The notes under the pieces: generated by a model | What the model was told of the DNA's origin: nothing | Databases searched by the model: none | The model's input: only the letters and a program-made list of their open reading frames with translations | Shown here: piece by piece, positions 57,411 to 64,000 of the stretch | How the letters are laid out: each line of letters opens with the position of its first letter | Position numbering within the stretch: the stretch's first letter is position 1 | Position numbers and translations under genes: made by a program | Source: Gammaproteobacteria bacterium | GTDB taxonomy: Bacteria > Pseudomonadota > Gammaproteobacteria > JADZEE01 | Assembly: GCA_050183625.1 (NCBI GenBank) | Contig: JBFXBD010000022.1 | Coordinates: forward strand, 23,052 to 87,051 | Length of the DNA: 64,000 nucleotides | Direction: 5' to 3'

Positions 57411-58244
57411 ATGCGACGGATCCGAGTGTTCGTGGCGTCTGCCGAGGGCAGGAGATGCCTGATTGCGTCGTTGGTTCTGCTCGCCTCGATGCTCGGCTGC
57501 GTACGAGCGGTGACGCCCGCGAGCGGGAGCGCGAAGGCGATCCCCACCAGCGAACGTCGCTCGGGATTCGAGTTCATGCGGGCCGAGACCCAGTCGCTGC
57601 AGCGCGACGACACGGCCAACCCCGGCATGCTCTGGGTTGCCGACGGCGCGGCCCTGTTCTCTGCGCCGGCAGGGACGAGCAACCGTGCTTGCGCGGATTG
57701 CCACCCGGATCGCCTGGCCGGGGTCGCGGCGCGGTATCCCGCGTACGATCCCGGGAAGAAGGCGGCCATCGATCTCGCGCAACGCATCAATACCTGCCGC
57801 ACGCGGCAGCAACGGGCACGGCCGCTGGCACCGGAGAGCCGGGATCTGCTGGCGCTCAACGCCTTCGTCGCGCATCAGTCGCGCGGCCTGCCAATCCAGG
57901 ACCCGGCGCGCGATCCGCGCCTCGCTCGGGCGATCGTCAATGGGCGCACGCTCTACATGCAGCGGATCGGACAACTCAACCTGTCCTGTGCTCAATGTCA
58001 CGACCGGCACTGGGGCCGCAGGCTCGCCGGCAATGTCATTCCGCAGGCGCACCCGACCGGCTATCCGCTGTATCGCCTGGAGTGGCAGGGGCTGGGTTCG
58101 CTGCAGCGCCGCTTGCGCAACTGCATGACGGGCGTACGTGCCGAGCCCTACGACTACGGCTCGCAGGAAATGATCGATCTCGAAGTGTTCCTGGCGTCCC
58201 GCGCCGCCGGGCTTGCGATTGAAACACCCGCCGTGCGCCCATGA
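57411..58244 (+). CDS. soxA: SoxA diheme cytochrome c
   Basis: CADCH and CAQCH are heme motifs, and RLRNCMTGVRAEPYDYGSQEMIDLEVFLA matches the SoxA C-terminal signature. Confidence 0.8.
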   Translation: MRRIRVFVASAEGRRCLIASLVLLASMLGCVRAVTPASGSAKAIPTSERRSGFEFMRAETQSLQRDDTANPGMLWVADGAALFSAPAGTSNRACADCHPDRLAGVAARYPAYDPGKKAAIDLAQRINTCRTRQQRARPLAPESRDLLALNAFVAHQSRGLPIQDPARDPRLARAIVNGRTLYMQRIGQLNLSCAQCHDRHWGRRLAGNVIPQAHPTGYPLYRLEWQGLGSLQRRLRNCMTGVRAEPYDYGSQEMIDLEVFLASRAAGLAIETPAVRP

Positions 58245-58290
58245 ACGGGGCATCGGATCCTTGTCCCGCGATCGCGCATCCGGAGCAACG

Positions 58291-59499
58291 ATGGTGACAG
58301 GCACGCAGGAGCTGCGCCGGCACGCGCGCCCGCTTGTCGCCGCCACGCTCGGCATGGGCTTCGGGCTGCAGCTTGCACTTTACGCCGCGGGCCTGTTCGG
58401 ACCGGCGCTGATCGCGGAGTTCGGCTGGACGAAGTCGCAGTATGCCCTGCCCGGCGTACTCGCCTTCGTCACGGTGTTCGTGTTTCCGTTGGCCGGCCGG
58501 CTGACCGATCGGCTCGGTGTGCGGCGGGTCGCGGCCATGGGGATCGCGGGTGTCGCGGCTGTTACGGTCGGCATGGGCCTGATGACCGGGCCGTACTGGC
58601 AGTTCCTCGCGCTCAGTCTCGGCAAGACCGTCTTCGGCACGATGGCCACGACGGCGGTGTTCACGCGCCTGGTCGCAGAGCGCTTCGACGCTGCGCGTGG
58701 CGTCGCGCTGGCCGTAGTGATCAGCGGTCCGCCCCTGATCGCCGCGGGGGCGATCCCCCTGCTCGATGGAATCATCGCCGACCAGGGCTGGCGCACGGCC
58801 TATTTCGTATTGGGCGGCATGATCCTGGCTGGCGGCGGTCTGGCCCTGCTGCTCGCGCCGCGAACCGGCGTCAACCACTTCCGAGGCGCGGCGCGGCCGG
58901 ACAGCTTCCGCGCCGATTTCCGGCGGATTGCGCGGCGCAGGGTGTTCTGGGTGCTTCTGGCCGCGATGTTCCTGGTCAACATGCCCCAGGTGCTTGGCGG
59001 TGCGCAACTCAAGCTCATGGCGATGGACAGCGGCGCCACCTCCACCATCGCCGTGGCGATGATGTCGACGTACGCAATCGGCGTGGTGTGCGGCCGCCTC
59101 GCTTGCGGCCTTGCCCTGGACCGGCTGCCCGCGCATCTGGTCGCCTTCGGATCATTGATGCTGCCGGCTGCGGGCTTCCTGGCGCTTTATTCACCCTTCG
59201 ACCCGGCATGGATCCTGATCGGTGGCATGGCGATGATCGGTCTCGCGCAGGGCTCCGAGGGCGACATCGCAGCCTATATGGTGGCGCGCCACTTCGATAT
59301 CGCGAACTACAGCTTCGTCCTGTCGATGGTGTCCTCCGCGCTCACCGCCGGCGCGGCCACCGGCTCGCTCGTGCTGACCGCCATGCTGCACGTGACCGAC
59401 GATTTCACGCCCTTCGTCCTGCTGGCCGCCATCGTGTCTTTCCTGGGCGCTTCGACCTTCCTTCTGATCGGGCGCCCATCGCGTACGGAGGCGACTTGA
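58291..59499 (+). CDS. MFS transporter
   Basis: There are 12 predicted TM helices with an MFS-like repeat architecture. It is paralogous to the next gene. GGAG precedes the ATG at 58291. Confidence 0.7.
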   Translation: MVTGTQELRRHARPLVAATLGMGFGLQLALYAAGLFGPALIAEFGWTKSQYALPGVLAFVTVFVFPLAGRLTDRLGVRRVAAMGIAGVAAVTVGMGLMTGPYWQFLALSLGKTVFGTMATTAVFTRLVAERFDAARGVALAVVISGPPLIAAGAIPLLDGIIADQGWRTAYFVLGGMILAGGGLALLLAPRTGVNHFRGAARPDSFRADFRRIARRRVFWVLLAAMFLVNMPQVLGGAQLKLMAMDSGATSTIAVAMMSTYAIGVVCGRLACGLALDRLPAHLVAFGSLMLPAAGFLALYSPFDPAWILIGGMAMIGLAQGSEGDIAAYMVARHFDIANYSFVLSMVSSALTAGAATGSLVLTAMLHVTDDFTPFVLLAAIVSFLGASTFLLIGRPSRTEAT

Positions 59500-59592
59500 A
59501 CGTTTGCTTGGCTTCGGCCACGCGGTTTCTTCGGATCCCTGGTGACGGACCGTGCCTTGGCGTTCGAACCTCCGCACCAAGTCGCCCGGCCG

Positions 59593-60837
59593 ATGACCGG
59601 TCGGGCGTACGCGGTGATGGTCGTGACCTATAGCGAGGAATTGCGCAGGCATGTACGCCCGCTGATTGCGGCGTGCATCGGCCTGGGCTTTGGGGGAGCG
59701 CTCAGCGTCTACACACAGGGTCTTTTCGGCCCGTCCCTGATTGCCGAATTCGGCTGGAGCAAGTCGCAGTTCGCACTGGTGGGCGTCACGAGCTTCGCCT
59801 TCGTGTTCATCATTCCGATCGCCGGGCGGCTGACGGATCGCTACGGGGTGCGACGGGTGGCTACGGTGGCCACGCTCGGGCACCCGGCCGTCACCTTCGC
59901 CCTGGGACTGATGAATGGAAACTTCACGCTGTTCCTCGCGCTCATGATGGCCAAGACGTGCCTGGGCGCGATGGCGACCACGACCATCTACACGCGCCTG
60001 GTCGCCGAACGGTTCACCGTGGCGCGCGGCTTCGCGCTGGCCGTGGTGACCAGTGGCCCGCCGCTGGTCGGCGCCATCGCCGCGCCGATCCTTGCCGGCG
60101 TCATCCAGGCGCACGGCTGGCGAGCGGGCTTCTTCACCCTCGCCGGCGCGATCCTCGCCGGCGGCGTGACGGCCCTGCTGCCGGTGCCGAAACGGGAGCA
60201 ACCGGCAAATCCGGGCAGGCGCCGGGGCAACGCCTTCCTGGTCGATTTCCTGGCGCTTGCCCGCGCCCGCGTGTTCTGGCTGCTCCTGGGCGGGATGTTC
60301 CTGTGCAACCTGCCCCAGGCCCTGGCGGGCACGCAGCTCATGCTCATGGCGCTGGACAGCGGTGCAACCCACGAAATCGCCGTCGCGATGATGTCCAGCT
60401 ACGCCCTGGGGGTCATCACCGGCCGCTTCGCCTGCGGCCTGGCGCTGGATCGCGCGCCTGCCAATCGGGTGGCGTTCGTGTCGTTGATCCTGCCCGCGCT
60501 CGGCTTCGCCGCGCTGTATTCGCCCTATGACGCCGGCTGGTTCCTCGTCGCGGGGATGGCGCTGGTGGGCCTGGCGCAAGGCGCCGAGGGAGATATCGCC
60601 GCCTATGTCGTCTCGCGCCACTTCGAGCTGGCGCACTACAGCTTCGTGCTCGGATTCGTGTCCGCATCCCTGGCAGCGGCGGCGGCGACCGGCGCCCTGC
60701 TGCTCAGCCTGATGTTGCGGGTGGAGGAGAGCTACATGCCGTTCCTGCTGGTCTGCGCCGTCGCCACCTTCGGTGGTGCCGCGACGCTGCTCATGATCGG
60801 CCGGGGGACACCGAAGCCCGTCGTCATCTCGCATTGA
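59593..60837 (+). CDS. MFS transporter (tandem paralog)
   Basis: It is about 45-50% identical to the upstream MFS gene (ELRRH...GLFGP.LIAEFGW.KSQ). The start codon is uncertain (GTG 59542, ATG 59593 or ATG 59617). Confidence 0.65.
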   Translation: MTGRAYAVMVVTYSEELRRHVRPLIAACIGLGFGGALSVYTQGLFGPSLIAEFGWSKSQFALVGVTSFAFVFIIPIAGRLTDRYGVRRVATVATLGHPAVTFALGLMNGNFTLFLALMMAKTCLGAMATTTIYTRLVAERFTVARGFALAVVTSGPPLVGAIAAPILAGVIQAHGWRAGFFTLAGAILAGGVTALLPVPKREQPANPGRRRGNAFLVDFLALARARVFWLLLGGMFLCNLPQALAGTQLMLMALDSGATHEIAVAMMSSYALGVITGRFACGLALDRAPANRVAFVSLILPALGFAALYSPYDAGWFLVAGMALVGLAQGAEGDIAAYVVSRHFELAHYSFVLGFVSASLAAAAATGALLLSLMLRVEESYMPFLLVCAVATFGGAATLLMIGRGTPKPVVISH

Positions 60838-60937
60838 CGGCCGGGTCGATCGCCGCGGTTCCCCACAGGCGAACCTGACGCGCGGCTTCGCCCTGACTGA
60901 AACCCAGAGGCTTCACTACGCCGGCAGATTGAAGCCA

Positions 60938-61212
60938 CGAACCGCCCCTTCGTCGTCACGAGGCCGCACCCGGGCAGCCCCGGCCGATTATGGCCATGAA
61001 CGATCGTCGTCGCGAGCGCAGCGAAGCGACCCAAGCAGCCTTGATGCCACCGGCACCGCGTGGATTGCTTCGTCGCTTCGCTCCTCGCAATGACGGGGTG
61101 CGGTTCATGGATAGCGCAGCGAAGCAATCCATGCGGCGCCAATGACGGTAACGCCGCATGGATTGCCGCGGCCGCTACGCGGGCTTGCGATGACGGGGCC
61201 GGTTCATGGATG
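60938..61212. repeat. Composite palindromic REP/MITE-like element, copy 5 (longest, four or more units)
   Basis: It shares the ccggccgatt(a/g)tggccatgaacgatcgtcgtcgcgagcgcagcgaagcgaccca unit with copy 2 and the gcgtggattgcttcgtcgcttcgctcctcgcaatgacg unit with copies 1 and 4. Its last unit (ggttcatgg) supplies the stop codon of the adjacent gene. Confidence 0.7.
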
Positions 61213-63357
61213 GCGCCGTGACAGCGCGAGGCCGAGGCAGGGCACGCCAAGCAGCAACAACGTTCCCGGCAACGGCACGACCGTCGGGCCGGCGGCCGTG
61301 ATGAACGCGAAGTCTCCGTTGCCCAGGTGCTGCCCGGACAAGGCGTTGTACAGGCCCGGATCGCCCGCGGTCGCGTTGAATATCGTGCCGGTGTCAGGCA
61401 CCAGCGTCGCCCAGACTGCGAACGGATCCAGTCCAGACAGGACCTGCGGTCCACCGCCTCCGAAGAGATCACTGCTCGCGTAGCCACCGCTCAGGAGCGG
61501 CTGGAGAAACCCAGTATCCGTCTCCGAAGGATCAACGCCCAGCCGCGGGTTCAGGAGTATTTCGCCGGTCAGGTTGATGAACAGCAGCATGTCGAAGCCG
61601 GTGTAGTCGTCACTGTAGCCGGCGGGCCCGAGGTCCATGCGGTACAGGACAAAGCCGGCATCGTCCGGCGCCGCAGCGCGTACCGCGTCGAAATCCGGCA
61701 CCAGTGCATCGATCCCCGAGAGCAGGCCATAGAGTTCCGCGCCGCCCGTCAGATCCGCGATAAGAGGCGTGCTGATGCCGCCGGCGATGAACGGATTGTC
61801 GCCACGCGGACCGGCGAACGAACTCGTGCTGGCCCCCGCAACCGCGCCCGGACCGCCACCGGCGGCGTTGCTGCCGAGGATCAGCCTGCCATTCGCGCCG
61901 GTGCTGGCGCCGCCACCGCCATTGGCGTTGACCGTCGCACTGCCCGCGCTGATCACCGTCCCGTACAACTTGACCGTGCCCCCGGCGCCGCCGCTGCCGA
62001 CGCCACCGTTGCCGCCGACCGCGCCGGTGCCGCCCTTGCCACCGGTGCCGCCACTGCCGCCGTCGCCCCCGTCGCCGGCATCCGGGCAGGCGAAGCATCC
62101 GACTCCGCCGGCGCTGCCCGAAGTACCGAGCCCGCCCCCCTGCCCCTGGCTGAAGATCGTGAGCCCGTCGTTGAGTCCGGCATTGCTGCTGGTGCCGCTG
62201 GCACCGCGCGCATCCAGCACGCTCCCGGCACCCACATTGACCCGTCCCTGCGCCATGATCTCGAATGCACCGCCGCCGCCGCCGCCGGCACCGCCATCGC
62301 CGCCATCGCCGCCGTGCCCCCCCGGACCGCCGGCGCCGCCGTTGCCACCCGTGCCACCGCTGCCACCGGTCAATCCACGCGCTCCGCCGCCTCCACCGCC
62401 ACCGCCGGCGCCGCCGCCGCCCTGGCCGCCGGCGCCACCCGTGCCGCCGCTTGCACCACCACCGCCACCCCCCCCGCCGCCACCGGAAATCGTCAGCCCC
62501 GTGCCGGCATTGCTCCCCGCAGCGCCGTTCGTGCCGTTGTTCCCCGTCAGTCCGGCATTCCCGGCGGCACCGAAGGTGCCGTTGCCGCCATCCTGGCCAT
62601 CGCCACCGCTACCGAAATAGTCGGTCGCCGAGGCACCGGGGTAGCCAGAGGAACCACCATTGGCGCTCAGCGTGACGCTCAGGGACGCCGTGGAACGACC
62701 CAGACCGCGATTGCCTCCGGCACCACCCGCCCCGCCGTTGATGCCGGAACCACCTGCCACTCCCAGGTGACCGGCACTGCTGTTGCCACCTCGCGAACCG
62801 GAGTTTCCGTTAGCCCCGTTGGGCGATGGTCCATAGAACCAGCCCGTGCACGAGGGAAGTGGGAAAGCGAATTCGCATTCCGTAAAGCCTCCCTGCCCGC
62901 CGACGGAACCGATGCCGCCGGTGCCACCGGCACCACCCGCCCCACCTGGACCGCCCGCGCCACCACCGCCTCCATTGCCGCCGCCCGCGCCCGCTGTGCG
63001 GCCGCTCGCGGCGAAGTTGAATGTCACGCCAGTGCCGATATTGACGTTGTTGCCGGCCAGCAGCGACGCCCCGCGCGCGCCGGTGCCGACCACCGTATCG
63101 TTGGCGTTGATGTTGAGATCGCCGGCGAAGCGGAACTGCATGATGCTGCCGCCGGATTCGATGCTGGTGAAGAACCGGGTTCCGTTGAAGAACCCGCCGC
63201 TGCCGACGCCATTGATCGTGCCGGCGCCGGTATCGATCGTGATGAGCGCGGCGTGCGCGCTGCCCGCCGAACAGAGCCCCGACACCAGTGCCGAGACGAG
63301 CAACATCCGGGTACGTGCCGGCGTTTCCGGGTGCGTCGTTATTGTTCTGGTTTCCAT
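61204..63357 (-). CDS. Glycine-rich secreted protein with PEP-CTERM sorting tail (717 aa)
   Basis: There is a signal peptide (MLLVSALVSGLCSAGSAHA), long GGxGG/GAGG low-complexity tracts, and the C-terminus VVPLPGTLLLLGVPCLGLALSRRHP. GAGAGGG lies upstream of the ATG at 63357. Confidence 0.65.
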   Translation of the reverse strand: METRTITTHPETPARTRMLLVSALVSGLCSAGSAHAALITIDTGAGTINGVGSGGFFNGTRFFTSIESGGSIMQFRFAGDLNINANDTVVGTGARGASLLAGNNVNIGTGVTFNFAASGRTAGAGGGNGGGGGAGGPGGAGGAGGTGGIGSVGGQGGFTECEFAFPLPSCTGWFYGPSPNGANGNSGSRGGNSSAGHLGVAGGSGINGGAGGAGGNRGLGRSTASLSVTLSANGGSSGYPGASATDYFGSGGDGQDGGNGTFGAAGNAGLTGNNGTNGAAGSNAGTGLTISGGGGGGGGGGASGGTGGAGGQGGGGAGGGGGGGGARGLTGGSGGTGGNGGAGGPGGHGGDGGDGGAGGGGGGAFEIMAQGRVNVGAGSVLDARGASGTSSNAGLNDGLTIFSQGQGGGLGTSGSAGGVGCFACPDAGDGGDGGSGGTGGKGGTGAVGGNGGVGSGGAGGTVKLYGTVISAGSATVNANGGGGASTGANGRLILGSNAAGGGPGAVAGASTSSFAGPRGDNPFIAGGISTPLIADLTGGAELYGLLSGIDALVPDFDAVRAAAPDDAGFVLYRMDLGPAGYSDDYTGFDMLLFINLTGEILLNPRLGVDPSETDTGFLQPLLSGGYASSDLFGGGGPQVLSGLDPFAVWATLVPDTGTIFNATAGDPGLYNALSGQHLGNGDFAFITAAGPTVVPLPGTLLLLGVPCLGLALSRRHP

Positions 63358-63383
63358 CGCCCGGACCCTCTCTTACGTTTCAT

Positions 63384-63440
63384 GGATTAGTATGCCGCAA
63401 AAAAAGGTTAATCCAATCGATCGGCAAATAACAGCGCGCA
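63384..63440 (-). promoter_or_regulatory. Possible sigma70-like promoter for the Gly-rich PEP-CTERM gene
   Basis: On the gene strand, TTGGAT-16 nt-CATACT lies in the only AT-rich patch (63.36-63.5 kb) upstream of the gene. This is speculative. Confidence 0.2.
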
Positions 63441-64000
63441 GATGAAGTTTTCGGGAGCAATCATTGGGCACAGGCGCGAGAGTTTTTCGCGATCGCGCCT
63501 GTCGGGATCGCGGTGAAACTTTGTGTCGTGAGCCAGGTGCTTCTTGGCGTGAAAAGATCATTGCGCGATTTGCAGGCGATTGCCGGGCTCCCGAAATCGC
63601 CCGCATGGACGGTGTGCCATCGAGCATCCGCCGCCCGCGTGGATCAGTTCTCACGCCGACTGCAATCGAGGCATGCCATGGTGAGCGCAAACGTCTCCAG
63701 GCAGGGTGCCTGGTTCTCCTGCTACACATCGAGTCATGCGCGATACCATGAAAATCTCAGCGCAAGCGTGGAGGCGGGCGATCAGGAAGGTGCGGGAGTT
63801 GCATGCCGAGGATCCATGGAAACCTTGCAGAGGTGATCGAAGCCACCCCACGCGACGCCGTGCGGCTCAGTGAGTGCCTTCGCCATGCCCCGTTCCTCGG
63901 CTGGCCCGGCGTGGAAGTCATCGCGGTGGATCACGCCGCGGGAACGGTGGTACTGCGCACGTACTGGCGCGAGTAACTCGACAATTCGCTGCAGTCCGCG

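Noticed and set aside
61800-63000. Possible CRISPR or tandem-repeat array in the Gly-rich region
   Set aside because: There are no regular repeat-spacer units. The periodicity is codon-level GGN repetition within a continuous ORF that has a signal peptide and a sorting tail.
61327-63390. 687-aa plus-strand ORF and the Pro-rich ORF at 61769-62620
   Set aside because: They are antisense translations of the Gly-rich PEP-CTERM gene, since GGN codons read as NCC/Pro on the opposite strand. They have no start context.

Overview
This is a 64 kb, gene-dense segment of about 70% GC from a Gram-negative, probably proteobacterial, chromosome. It carries Sox genes, PEP-CTERM sorting signals and TAT signal peptides. 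No rRNA, tRNA, CRISPR, transposase or integrase genes are visible. About 55 protein genes form a mosaic of accessory and catabolic modules.

The modules, in order along the window, are:
- 2-8.6 kb: a translationally coupled operon encoding a tandem-fused family III CoA-transferase, an SMP-30 lactonase, a DUF35/thiolase pair and a Baeyer-Villiger monooxygenase.
- 8.7-12.4 kb: a PQQ sugar dehydrogenase fused to cytochrome c, and the Prc tail-specific protease.
- 14.3-18.4 kb: modABC with a near-consensus ModE operator, facing an alginate-export-family outer-membrane channel.
- 21.3-23.4 kb: an MbnP/MbnH-like 'metallo-mystery pair' (a diheme peroxidase with its partner).
- 28-35.6 kb: two small catabolic clusters, including one encoding an amidohydrolase, a fused GMC oxidoreductase and a P450.
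- 36-42.5 kb: a WecA-like transferase, two SAM-dependent methyltransferases and a fused indolepyruvate:ferredoxin oxidoreductase.
- 42.6-47 kb: an RND efflux pair.
- 51.8-58.2 kb: an eight-gene co-directional operon IorA-IorB-cyt c-FccB-SoxX-SoxY-SoxZ-SoxA. Its SoxY carrier ends in AACVE-SEPA instead of the canonical GGCGG swinging arm, and no SoxB/CD lies in the window. This is the most unusual system here.

At least four secreted proteins carry PEP-CTERM-type tails, including a 717-aa glycine-rich one. Five copies of a composite palindromic REP/MITE-like repeat are scattered through the window. Many very long ORFs in the track are high-GC antisense artefacts; these are rejected.
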